Part shown: positions 11,885 to 23,668 of the stretch, piece after piece
How positions within the stretch are numbered: position 1 is the first letter of the stretch
How the letters are laid out: the number at the start of each line of letters is the position of its first letter
From: Magallana gigas
Taxonomy: Eukaryota
DNA: 64,000 nt
NCBI RefSeq assembly: GCF_963853765.1
Contig: NC_088858.1
Coordinates: 9,486,001-9,550,000 of the forward strand
Direction: 5' to 3'
Program-made: the position numbers and the translations under genes
Notes under the pieces: generated by a model
What the model saw: the letters and a program-made list of their open reading frames with translations, nothing else
What the model was told of the DNA's origin: nothing
Database searches by the model: none

Positions 11885-13051
11885 TCAGTCGTAGAACGAC
11901 TTCTGCGTACTGAGTAGTGTCCCTTTACTAGAACTCTCCGTGCCGCGTCTTCGCTCTCGAAACTCCGTTCTCCCAACTCTGCATTCAGTTAATGACCGAA
12001 AAAGACGACATACTTCGTTCCGAAAATAATTTGCTGTCAGATAATAGAGAAAAAAATTAAGGGAGTATTGTGATAGCCCGATCTCGTCAATTATCTTCTT
12101 CGCAACAAGATAGTCAAAAAATGTCTTCCATGTGGAATCTTTCCCAATTTCACTGACGGATAGAGTTTCATCTCCGGTTGGGATCCTGTATTGTAGCGCA
12201 AAAATTATAGCAACTGGAATAACAGTAAAGAGTCTGTAGAAAGAGACACATAAAAGAGTTACAGTTGAAACTCGTAAACTTCGTTGTTTAGTCTGTTCCT
12301 TTCGTCTCGTTTTTAAAAGTTTGCTACTGAAACTATTCAGTTCAAACGATGGAGCTGTATCTCTTCGCAGCCTAATCGAGCGTGACACTGCGTTTATAAC
12401 TAAGACATTCAGTATCAACGACGCCAACGGAAATGCACAAAAAACAAGAATATCACTGACCCAGATCCAAATTTCGAAAAACTTTATCCCTGTGCCCTGG
12501 CATTCTCCATCTGGAAACACTGTCCATCCAAAGACCTGAGGCACTGCTAGCAAGAGGGAGAGAATGATTATTGCAACAATCTCCAAAGCTCCCCGATTTC
12601 TCCTTGAAAAGCGCTCACCTTTGAATGGGATGGCTATAGATATGAATCGTTCTAGAGTGAATCCCAATATAAGTAGTGGACTCATATACTGAGCAAACAT
12701 GTAAAACACAAAGAAAGTCGGACACCAGACAGGTTTGTTCAACGTACTCACATTCCACGTGAACTGTAGTTCCATCACGCTGTGCAATGCCAGCAATACA
12801 AGGTCCGAAACTGCAAGAACTGTAAGGTACAATGCCGAAGTGTTCGTCTTGCGTATTTTTCGACTCCATATTTTAATTGTCAAAAGATTTCCAACGAGAC
12901 CAATGAAGTATAGGATCGGACTAACATATTTATCAACAAAAAAAGCCGAAGGAGCATACAACTCAAAGATACAAGAATACCATGAAACCACGCCAATGCG
13001 CGGACACAAATCGTCCCGAACTTCCGTTGTATTGTTCATAGATCCATTCAT
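11885..13051 (-). CDS. Class A (rhodopsin-like) orphan peptide-type GPCR, FMRFamide-receptor/GPR139-like motif set, copy 1 (388 aa; 394 aa if ATG 13069 is used)
   Basis: Intronless ORF with 7 hydrophobic segments: GxxGN (TM1), LAVSD (TM2), Cys at the top of TM3 and in ECL2, ERF, NFFLY (TM7), N-terminal N-glycosylation sequons. The ORF-track start at 13141 is TTG. ATG 13051 is the start conserved with copy 2. Confidence 0.93.
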   Translation of the reverse strand: MNGSMNNTTEVRDDLCPRIGVVSWYSCIFELYAPSAFFVDKYVSPILYFIGLVGNLLTIKIWSRKIRKTNTSALYLTVLAVSDLVLLALHSVMELQFTWNVSTLNKPVWCPTFFVFYMFAQYMSPLLILGFTLERFISIAIPFKGERFSRRNRGALEIVAIIILSLLLAVPQVFGWTVFPDGECQGTGIKFFEIWIWVSDILVFCAFPLASLILNVLVINAVSRSIRLRRDTAPSFELNSFSSKLLKTRRKEQTKQRSLRVSTVTLLCVSFYRLFTVIPVAIIFALQYRIPTGDETLSVSEIGKDSTWKTFFDYLVAKKIIDEIGLSQYSLNFFLYYLTANYFRNEVCRLFRSLTECRVGRTEFRERRRGTESSSKGTLLSTQKSFYD

Positions 13052-13931
13052 TATGAGGAAATTGCTCATTTTCCGAACTCTACTATGCAGGTAATTAATG
13101 GCTCTCACAAAATGAGCTTTCTGCGTTTTGTTCTGATACAATTCTTTTGACGATTTTACGATGAAAAGATATGTGCGGGTGGAATTTCAGAAAACTTGTC
13201 CGATTCAGACACTTCTTTAGCTACATGTTTAAGAAAAAGCGTCGATTCTGAAAAAACAAAATATAATTCAATTGAATGTATGAATAAAAAATCCATGCAC
13301 TCTGAACGGAAATATTTACATCCCTTCAAATATTAATGTAACAAAAAATGTGTTTTATAAATATTGTAAACCTCAAGCAGGGGAAGTCATACAACAAAAT
13401 ACTGTTTTACTGCCATTGATTGACCCCAGAAAAAACGTTAATTGAAACATTTTTGATTGTCTAATAATATTGAAATTTTTAAAAATGAAAGTTAGGATTG
13501 GATAATGATTTAGAACAAATTGAACTAAAGTTGTTACGCATTATGCAAGTATACATTATACAAGTATTATCCCCGAGTTACTGTCAACAAATTAAAACAT
13601 TTATACTCTCTTATAAAAAACGGTAAGGCGTGCGTTAAATTTATACAGGTGTTTTTATAGATACATCAGCGAGAATCATTAATGTATCTCTAATTTTACG
13701 CCTTTACTACACAGTTATCGAAAAAGTTCTGAATAGCAAGTCAATAGTTTACTATTGAAATGCCATTATCATATGAGACAACAAAACTGACAAATATAAG
13801 TACCTTACAGAAAAAATCCTAATTATAAAAATCAAATAATGTACCTTTTTAAACATTATACTTATCATACCTAAAAATGTAATGCACACCTCTCTATATG
13901 AAATTCAATTTGTAAAGATCGACAAAATTAC

Positions 13932-14160
13932 CTGAAAGGTATTCATAAATCAGGTTGCAAGTAAGTCTCATCAAATTAATGAATCCTAAGCCAGTAGTAG
14001 CTGCTTAGCCAAGGAGATGAACGATCGCACACTGAGACGATCTACCACTAACAGTAGTATTTACGCCAGGGTTTGACGATTCATTCTCACATAACAATCT
14101 ATATAGCTATACGCTCTGTGGCTCACAGACTATGCTAATTATCATTTGAGCGCAGAGGCA
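13932..14160 (-). promoter_or_regulatory. Putative non-coding 5' exon/promoter block of GPCR copy 1
   Basis: Highly conserved with 35113-35400 and ends in a minus-strand donor TCAG|GTAATT at 13931. A matching conserved acceptor TTTTTTCAG at 13248 defines a ~680-bp 5'UTR intron. Confidence 0.65.
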
Positions 14161-15180
14161 TACACTCCATCCATTAGATTTAGGAACTGACACATTGTGT
14201 TAAAAAACTACATTTCGATAGTTGTTAAGCGTGCAAATTTGTTCAGATTTTGAGTTTCTGAATTGACAGGTAATGTTTTTACAAAATGATTTTTATTATG
14301 TATTGGATGTTGGTTACAAATATTATTACAGATAAAGATATAACTTTAAAAGGATAAACTACATATTATCGGTCTTGTGAGGAAAGAAAAATTAATGTAG
14401 TAAAATGTAATACATTATAATTCCTAGGCTTGCACTCTGTCGGTTGATGACCCGAAATCTTTTGACGAAAAAAAATGAAGAAATGAAAAAAAAACAACAA
14501 AATAGAAATGCAGATTTATGATTTTCGGCTTGTCTCGTTTACACTCATTCTGATAAGTATGCTTATAATCACTTTAAAACATTCCACCTTTAATCTGTAA
14601 TGTAATCGCAACATTACATTCTATGTTAGAGGGCATATAATTTCTGTTTAATATATTTCTCTAGGGATAAAATTACATACTAACTGTGAAACTAAAATGC
14701 ATCATTATATTGTTAATTGGTATCCCAGATTGAGTTAAACTGGGTCTCCCATCTGCCTAACAAGCTTTGACAAATTGCCATACCATGAGTGATTACATTG
14801 TATCTAATAATGTTATGTTCTAGAGAATATTTTGATTCACTATGAAACATTATATCAATAACACATCCCTTTGTGCTGACATACGTGATTAAATGATGGC
14901 CTCCCCGGGGTTACAATACAGATGTGATTCCAAGTAAAAAGGAAAAGTTTATTAATTCTGTCTCGTCCGGATAGAAAAAAGCGTGGAAATTCGTATTTAT
15001 TGTTCCGATGAAACAAAACTGAAAACGTAAGAAGAAATAATGTGCATAACATATCGGAGTGATTTTCTTTCGTAAGAATATTTATCCCAAAAATGAGAAT
15101 TAAAGCACTGATTAAACATGTAACAGCCCCTTATTTCTAGAGGTCCTGTAAACTTTGTGTTGATTGTTTTGATTTTCTAT

Positions 15181-15385
15181 AAGTAAAAGTGGTTATTTAC
15201 GCTGGTGGTAAAGTACACGTTTTCTGGAGTCAAACAATACACGTGGGTATTATATACGTGGATGCATGAACTATACCATACGCAACTTTTAACTTTTTTT
15301 TACTCGCGGGGTTATTATACGCGGATTTAAGCTAACCGCGTAACTAGTGTAAATTTCCCCCATGCGTAAATAACCACTTTTACAG
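15181..15385. mobile_element. ~200-bp MITE of the CTGTAAAAGTGG type
   Basis: 20-bp perfect inverted repeat GTAAAAGTGGTTATTTACGC / GCGTAAATAACCACTTTTAC; right end CAG-TA, left end decayed. Confidence 0.75.
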
Positions 15386-15656
15386 TAATGCTGTAAATGT
15401 TTTTTGGTTTTTTTTTGTTTGTTTTTTATTTGTTTTGTTTTTTTTTTTAAAATCAGTATTATGCATGTATATCATGTACAATCAGTATTATGTTTTATGT
15501 GTTTGCTCTGCTCCTGTTTTGTATTTTTTTATTTGGACTTTCGAATTTAAACAAGGTTTTATCACCACATGTCATCATAAAGAACAGCATTTCTGTTGTC
15601 AACATAAAATTTTGATTCCTTGACATTGTTGACATAATTAAACTTCATTTTATATA

Positions 15657-16336
15657 CAATGAAGCGCATTGAAGTTGTTAAATGTTTCGTTCGAATGGAA
15701 TGTTCTAAACTTTGTATCGAACGTCAATTGTTACATAAGACACGCCCATTTCTTTTGAAACGGGGAAAACAGTAGTCCTCACAATGCTTTCGGAACCGCC
15801 TCTCTTCTAAACACACAAGCAGGAATTTCACACAAGTGCGATATACACAAAAGCACACATAAACACACTTTTTTCTTTCCAACGATGTTCAGAAGCAGTG
15901 ACATTGTTCAAAACAAAGAGTCAAGAATATTTTAGTAACATATTTATTTGTGTTTTGAACTTCCTGTTACATGTACTGTTTTGTAAATAATGTACTCACA
16001 TTTTTCAGTTTTTCGTTTTAAAGAGGTAAGCTACGTTCTTCGTCTTCTGCTACATTTTTGCTGTGCTCGCAGCATGGTTAGGGGACTGAGGATATGCACG
16101 GGGCTCGTAAAACATATACGGAGAAATATCGGGATTCAGCTTGTGTCCATATTTCTAGGATCCACAGCCCTGCTTGTGTTGTTTAGAAAATGAGCGGTTC
16201 CGAAAGCATTGTTACGAATACTGTTTTCCTCGTAATGAATGAAATGGGCGTGTCTTATGTAAAAATCGACGGTCGATACAAAGTGTAGGATATTCCATTC
16301 TAACGAAAACTTTTACCACTTCAATGCGCTTCATTC
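15657..16336. mobile_element. Long-TIR MITE (~175-bp arms) with TA flanks
   Basis: AATGAAGCGCATTGAAG...ACATAAGACACGCCCATT...ATGCTTTCGGAACCGC is mirrored at 16160-16335; TA at 15655-15656 and 16337-16338. Confidence 0.85.
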
Positions 16337-16420
16337 TATCAGACCTTATTTTAAACATCAAAAATAGGGACGATTCCATTGAGATAGTTCCCTTTAATTC
16401 CTGGCCCTATTTCCACCTTA

Positions 16421-17229
16421 TTATTAGTCCCCTACCGGTTTCACCGGAGGGGACTATAGCTTTCCTCTGCGTCCGTCAGTCCGTCCGTCAGTCCGTCTGT
16501 CTGTCCCACTTCAGTTTTCCACACTTTTTTTCTTTATGCATTTGAGGAATAATATGAAACTTGCTGAACAGCTTCAAAATGTCAAACTACAGATCAAGTT
16601 TACACTTTTGTAGCGTCTGATTGACATATTTCCGAGAAATTTAATTTTTATATTCCAATTTTTTAATGTTCGGGTTCGTTATCGGGTTCGGTGTGTAACT
16701 GAATAAACGAGGTCAGTATGTAGTCAGTATACTGTGCGTTACTTGTACCATTCCTTTTCCTGTACCATTCCTTTTATCATTTCTAACAAACAAATGAATT
16801 CTATAAAATAGTGTCAAGCATTGTGTTGTAAATTTAATCGGCAGGGTTTTTTTGTATTATTATTACAATCGGGTTCGTTGTCGGGTTGGGCTGTTCAACT
16901 GTTTGGTTTGATTCGGGGTACAGAAGACGGTAAGAAATGATATTGTGCATAACAGTGCATTGTTTTCACAACTTTTTACCAGCGAATACAGAATAGACTT
17001 GGCGAAATTACAGGAGATGAAATAAAGAGTATTATTTTACCTATTTCCTATTTAATTTCTATATCAACTATATAGTTTTAATTTCCTCTGTTTTTTTTTA
17101 TCTCTGATTAAAGCATGACATCTCGTTTACAATAGCTCTGAAATAGTTGTGTGCTTGGAAGCTTTCATAGAATAATACAAACCGGTAGGGGACGTGTATT
17201 GCTTATGCAATACTCTCAGAATGCTTGTT
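16421..17229 (+). mobile_element. HINE (Helentron-associated, DINE-1/pearl-like) non-autonomous element
   Basis: 15-bp sub-TIR GTCCCCTACCGGTTT (16427) / AAACCGGTAGGGGAC (17179), 5' palindrome, (GTCC/GTCT)n microsatellite at ~16471-16505, 3' hairpin GTATTGC-TTAT-GCAATAC, ends in TT. Confidence 0.85.
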
Positions 17230-17649
17230 CAAATTGCGGTTCTCCATCTACTTCCGAGATCCTTAACAAACAAAGCAGTTAGTTGCACAGCTCCGGTCAA
17301 ATTGTTGTCCTTAGGCCATATGGACAAATGGAATACGAAAATTCATCAAATACACCGATACCCTATTAAAATTATAAAATGTGCAATAATTTTGTTCAGA
17401 GGTGAGTGTTTTCGGTATTCATGTACGCTGTACATCTATTTATTTGTTAGATACAATTATAATATAAAATGTCATATATGTGCAACGCCAGTATGTACCT
17501 GATTTTTTTTTTTGCAAAGAACAACAAAATAACCATTGGCCCATCATTATACATGTATCTTGTTCTGATCGAGCACTTAAACCCAACAAAAAGGAAGAAA
17601 ACAATTCCCTACTCTTCGCCAGAAGATCCTACCGTGCTTGTGCATTTAA

Positions 17650-18292
17650 CACTGTGCCGGATAATTTTGCCAGTCCCAAGGTGGAATTTTTGCACCCGCT
17701 TAAGATGCAGTTTCGGAAAAAATCCATGTATTCCAAATGATAGACCATTGTCTAGAAAGTATAATAACCACTTTTGTTGTTAATGTGTTTCACCTGACAG
17801 GTGAGATATTTACCTTTAAAATTAATATCCCATCGGAAAATGATAATTCCCATAGGACAATTGATTCTCCTACAGGAAATATTGGCAATCCTATAGGATT
17901 TTGAAAAAAAATCCTATAGGAATTTTATTTCCTATAGGAGAATGGTATTTCCTGTAGGAATTGATTCAGACATGCAGTTTCCATATAGGATATTAAGTTT
18001 TTCTATCGGATTTCATCAAATTCTTTCGGAATTGAAATTCCTATAGGAAATTCTTGTGTTCCGAAAGGAAATTTCAAATTACCTATAGGAATATTGTTTT
18101 CCTAAGGAAATTCCCAAGGAATTTATTTTTGAAAGGTAAATATCTCACCTGAAAGGTGAGATACAATGATAACAAAGGTGGTTGATAACTCTTTAAGCAA
18201 TGGTCAATCATATGGCATATTTGAATTTTTCGATATATGCAGCTTAAGCGGGTCCAAAAATGCCACATTGGCACTGGCATAATTATCTGGCA
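17650..18292. mobile_element. Family A foldback element, uninterrupted copy
   Basis: Left arm is closely similar to 769-1200 and right arm to 2000-2215; contains the empty TATA target (18084-18087) of the nested MITE. Confidence 0.85.
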
Positions 18293-18464
18293 TAATTTGA
18301 AAAAATGGGATAAGGAGCATTTGATGAACAATAGCCTTTTTTTCTAGGATATCAAAATAATTAATGTTTTCAAATTTCTTTCTGGCCAGTGGATAAAGGA
18401 GTTACATTAATTATCTATTAAAACAGATTGATTTGTGATGGTTAACACTTGGGAATAGAGATTT

Positions 18465-18545
18465 ACACACAGTTTAGTTTCTTCGCACCAAAGAGCTGCA
18501 TCGGACAGTGTCAATGGTAGACAATATACATGTGAAATTAATTCA
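18465..18545. promoter_or_regulatory. Conserved non-coding block upstream of GPCR copy 1 (paralog at ~36595-36680)
   Basis: TTCTTCGCACCAAAGAGCTGCATCGGACAGTGTCAATGGTAGACAA vs TTCCTCGCACCGAAGAGCTGCATGTGACACTGCCATTGGTAGACAA. Function is inferred only. Confidence 0.4.
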
Positions 18546-20439
18546 TTACTCTCACAACTGAAGTATTTCAATAACGATTGCTTCGCATTCACATCCAACA
18601 CATGTACAATTTTTGCACTGTGCATAAACCTTCGCATTTCTTGTAGTCCCTAACATTCGATCCAATATGATAAATAAGCGAAAACATGTCCAAGTAAGTA
18701 CTGTATTAATAAGGTGTGGTCATTTTTAATTAGTTTCTCAAACAAACACTTCAGTTTCTATAGGCCATGTCTACTAGTATAGGGTTTTCGCTTGTACGGC
18801 GATATACAAAATGTACACTACGAGTGATCGTGATACATATGGACGTTCTGTAATGAGAAATTTTGAACTATACATGTATGTGCCTTGACTTCAGTCTTTA
18901 TTGTTTTGTGGTTCATTGGATTTTTTCCACCTGTATACTAGCTGTAATTGTTTTCTTTAAAATGTATTTCTTATTTTTTTTTAGGCTAATGTAACGTGAT
19001 AAAGTAAATGTAAGTCAATGACCTATGAACAGCGTTAAAAACTAATACATTGTATTATTTCGAAAATGTTCCGGACGAACACATTCCTTTCTTAAGCTAG
19101 TTACAGCAGATAAGCCAAAATTGTCCCTAAAGACAACTTTTACATTTTCGTCTTCAAAACGAAAGCTGAAAGTATACAATGTATGAGATAAATCATACCC
19201 TGACTTTTTTGTCCAAATCCGTTCAAACCTACCATCTCAATCTCCTGTCAGTGACAACTTTTACGCTATTTTAATATAAAGGTAAATGAGGAATGTCTTC
19301 GTTAACCTGTCCATCGTAAAACTTTTATTTGGTATATTTGAGTTGTGCTATGATTGTTTTTATATGTTCGTTATTAAAAGTCCTATTGCGTATACATTTA
19401 GGTGTATCACAAAAAATCCACCTGAGACAAACCAACATCAGTTAAATATAATTCTCATTTTAGAGACTATAATAGAGGTTAAATACGCCCAGGACTTAAT
19501 GTTTTTAGACTAATGAATTTTAAATTTTCTATAGTCAAAGTAAAAGCAACCTTGTAGGCTAGGCAGATTGTAGCATGGGTTAGGAAAATTTTACAGCTAA
19601 CTAGATCTAGGACTACTAGTAGTCAATTAAAAATAGAATTCAAACCAATGTTTAGATAATACCAATATAGCTATAATAAGGTTCTGGATGCACACTTGTC
19701 ACGCACAGGAATGGTTTAAATATATTGCTAGTCTTAAACCCCTTGGTGAGCTGTCACTCCCATAAAATCATGGTTGTGGTGAAACAAAACTGGAAGTCAT
19801 TATTATTTCTTACATGTATTTAGTGTGTATTGTTATGATTCTTTGAAAATCATCTTGACCAATGGTTTAGCATTTAGTCATTTCATTTTAGAAATACAGC
19901 AAGTTACTTTATCTGTCCAATACTTCATAAACATATATATGTGTTCACATCTTAAATTTACACCTCGAGTATACAGCTGTTATTAAGTATTTGTAAATCA
20001 GAAGGACAGAAAAATCAACCACCTGTATGCTAGTAATGAAAACACAAAGACTCACAATCATACGACTTTAGACACGTTTGGGCTGTCTAGACAATTAAAA
20101 TACTGGGTCAAAAAGCTTTTGTGGACCACACTTAAAGAGGTTCGCTCCTTAGGTTTTGGGTAGCCCTTTTGGGCCACCTCTAGTCTGAAAATTCTGCATC
20201 ACATATTAATTTAGTAGTATATTTATATTTTACTATGCCAAATAAACTTTACTGAATAAATTGTTTTAAAAAAAAATTACATTTCTACAGAGTTTAATGA
20301 AGGATTATGTTCTGTGGCGGATTAGGTTTTCAAGAAGAAAATAAACAATTTACAAAACTCACTAGTTTTAGAGTACTGTTACTTTCGCTTCCTAATTTTC
20401 AGCGCAAACCAAACTTCTAGATAGTTTGTGTATTACGAT

Positions 20440-21695
20440 ATAATTTAATTCTGGTTGTAACGCAGCATCTGATTGGATAGAAAAATTTAATTAAATTTGT
20501 ATAACCTGGTTTGCACTTCACAGTACACGTCACAATGCACTAACGTCAAAAACGTACTAATCCGCCTGACGTTACGTTTGAATTTTGAACAGATAAATAT
20601 CATTTATAAAAGTAAAACGCATTAAATTTTTACGGTAAATAATAGAAAATTAAGGATGACGTTTACTCAGGGTTTGAGTTCTCGCATACGGATTGTTATA
20701 AAGTTCAATGTCATGAGTAAAATTTGTTCTAAACACAAAAAGTATCTGTGAAATGAATTATTATTGACATAACATTCGATATTTCTACTTTATTATGGAA
20801 TTATGCCAAAACAAAAATAGACTTTTAGCCAAACAGAGGAAATTCGGACTAAATTTTGCAGTTTTTGTTTTCTGCTAAAACAATTTTGGAAGTACTCTAA
20901 TATTAAAAGCTAAGATATTATATTTTAGTCTATATAATTTTGCATATTTTCTGGTAGTTTTACCTCATTTATTCATTATAATTACCGTATGGCATGAATT
21001 TAAAAAATATTGAAATATGCTTAAAAACGAGAAAAGACACCATATCTCAAAATTTTGATCATTGACCTCATATAAATTATATGCCAACAGAATAAGATCA
21101 ATATAAGTAGTTTAATACTATAAATGTTTTTGTATTATCATCATTCAATTTTTTGTAAAATTGGATCAAAAATGGGTAGGAATTTGAAAAGTGATAGAGG
21201 AAATTCGGACTGGAATATTTATAAAAATTGTGAAGGAAAACTTAATGCTTTGTATGTATTTAGTGTCACTGCCATTCATAAATTGTATTTCATTTTCAAA
21301 AGTGTTGAGCAATTTGTATTATTTTCACAATAAAGAAAATCTCAATCATAGTATAAAATTTTCAGTGATTTTCCTTTAATTTTCCAAAAATATACAATGG
21401 ACATTAACTCAAAAAGTAGGTCATTGACCTACTTTTTTGAAAATGAAAAATAACACTTCAATAAAAGGTCTATAACACACACTAGTTGGTTTTTCATTAT
21501 CATCAGTGGAATTTTTTTTCATTCTGAGTAAACGTCATCCTTAAGTTATAAGGAATGAACTCAATATCTACCCAAATTATACTCGTATAACCTGGGTTGA
21601 AGCAATTTACGCTTCGCAGATTATAAAGCGTAAACTGCCCCAACCCAGGTTATACGAGTATAACTTGAGTAGATATTGGGTTCATTTCTTAAATA
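20440..21695. mobile_element. Long-hairpin-terminated element (host of the TTAA insertion)
   Basis: 66-bp inverted arms at 21549-21614 and 21626-21691 with GCTTCGC at the loop. The internal part (ACGTTTGAATTTTG) is shared with 49376-49571. The left boundary is approximate. Confidence 0.6.
20654..21540. mobile_element. Non-autonomous DNA transposon with TTAA TSD and GG...CC ends (Kolobok-like)
   Basis: Perfect 17-bp TIR GGATGACGTTTACTCAG / CTGAGTAAACGTCATCC; TTAA at 20650-20653 and 21541-21544. Confidence 0.9.
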
Positions 21696-22057
21696 TTCAC
21701 GATGTTCTTAAAACACATTTAAACAATATTTTGATATTTCTATCGATATATTTTGGCATATTTAGCTTATATTTCATTGAAGTTAAGTAAAAATTAACTC
21801 TTATTTTTGGCCTAAAATCATCTTATTTAATGTTATATGTTAAATTTTTGAGATGTGACTCCTACTTGTTTTACTTTTAAATGAGACATTAAATGTAAGT
21901 TTTGAAAAGATGACATTTCTATAATTTTTTTATTTGCGTTATAATTTGATTAATCCAAAATTTTGTAACATTTGTTGTTGTGTTCATAAGGTACTGGCCT
22001 TTGAAGCCACCAGTAAAGAAGAATTTTTAAACTTTGACTTAGATTTTACTTTTATAG

Positions 22058-22294
22058 CAGTGACGTCGGAAGCAAATTGACTGAAAGTGCGGGGGCTAGA
22101 CTCTGAGGATTACTAGCAAAAAAGAAAAAAAAAAAAAAAAAACTAATTCCCAAAATCATGAAATTCGTAATCCGGGGGGGGGGGTACCTGTTGTCCCCCA
22201 AAAAATTCTTACCTACCAAAAATGTTTTCCCCCCAAAATCATGAAATTCCCCCCTAGCCCCTCCCCCCCCCCCCCCTCCGTTCCGACACCTATG
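22058..22294. mobile_element. Short element with poly-G/poly-C tracts and CA...TG ends (hAT-like termini)
   Basis: Left end CAGTGACGTCGGAAG, right end GTTCCGACACCTATG. The same end (CATAGGCGTCGGAACCGGGG) recurs at 44108. No matching TSD found. Confidence 0.5.
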
Positions 22295-23502
22295 TTAAAA
22301 GTCACAACATGTGTTCAACTTCATACCGTATAAAAATCATAACTAAATAATAGTTCAAATTATAAATATTTGTTCTTCAAATTATCAATTTTCATGTCAA
22401 ATTTCAGGAAAATTATCATTTCTGTTTGGGGCCTTATATTTCCAAAAGATGGCATGTGACATTTACATAAAATACACTTAAATGGATGAATAGGGTACTC
22501 GATTAATGTTTGATTTGTAGGAGCTAAGTCAAACTCAACATATGCAATTGGTACAATCAATATATTCTCAAAAGCGAATATATTTTCTTAAGGTTTAAAT
22601 TGTAAATTCCTGTGTCTATCTGTCTGTCATAAAACTCATATTTGTAACTGATTCACAAATCAAAGTACAATACCTTTGTACAATTTTTTATAGCAACAAT
22701 GAAGCGACAGTTTCATATTTGATTTAGACACAAGAAAAATGTGAATTGAAACTGATTAACCGGCAAAGGTTGAAATATATCAAAAATAATTTACACTGAA
22801 CGGTTGAATGTGATATGTTAAAGCTATTTTCTGTAAAGCAGTCTTACGCAAAACTACCAAAATATTATAAACAAAGGTAGATCACATTGTTCATTGGTGA
22901 GTTTACATACAGGTATGATCTTTAAAAAAGTAACTTATTTTACCATATGTTCACTTTGATAAAGATTAAAAGTAATTTCTTTTACTTGATGGAGCAAGAA
23001 ATTCCAGTATGAAAACTACTGGGACCCAGAATACCTTTTTAGTGTTCCAGAATACTCTAAGTGACAAGCAAGCATTCTAAATTGAAGGTATTGCGTGATA
23101 TGACAAAGGCGAAATGTACATTATAAGAAAACAACGGAACTGACATTATTTTCTCTTGACATATAGGTTTGAGTTGTTTGTGTTGAAGTTACTGCTTTTT
23201 TACGTGAACAAAGAAGTTTAATTTTCGACATTTTAGTCAACAAAACAGTGCTTTTGGCTTACTGCTGGGGAATAGTTTCGTAGAAAATGACCAAATAATA
23301 CGATAATTGCGTAATTAAAGATTGATAAAGAGATAAATAGAAAGGTAAAATGTTAAAGTTTTTACGCACGGAAAAACTTTGTTATATCCCAAAAAAAATT
23401 AAAATTGAAAAAATTCTTGGTCACAATAATCATAAAGCTAATTTGTCTGATTGATGCCTACTAGAACATTTTTATACAATTAATGTAATTTAAATTTCAA
23501 AA

Positions 23503-23668
23503 NNNNNNNNNNNNNNNNNNNNNNNNNNNNNNNNNNNNNNNNNNNNNNNNNNNNNNNNNNNNNNNNNNNNNNNNNNNNNNNNNNNNNNNNNNNNNNNNNN
23601 NNNNNNNNNNNNNNNNNNNNNNNNNNNNNNNNNNNNNNNNNNNNNNNNNNNNNNNNNNNNNNNNNNNN
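23503..23668. other. Assembly gap (N run)
   Basis: Run of N. Confidence 1.

Noticed and set aside
12321-13094. Plus-strand and alternative-frame ORFs overlapping GPCR copy 1 (and equivalents at 33549-34334)
   Set aside because: These are shadow ORFs. Their presence in both copies follows from the high nucleotide identity, and they show no recognisable domain.
13070-13141. N-terminal extension of GPCR copy 1 (418-aa ORF in the track)
   Set aside because: It starts at TTG, is not conserved in copy 2 and lies in the predicted 5'UTR; the conserved ATG is at 13051.
18407-18637. Paralogous minus-strand ORFs 18407-18637 and 36503-36688 sharing CLP...AAL.CEE
   Set aside because: Similarity is limited to a ~80-bp block with indels, different starts and different ends; it is better explained as conserved non-coding DNA.
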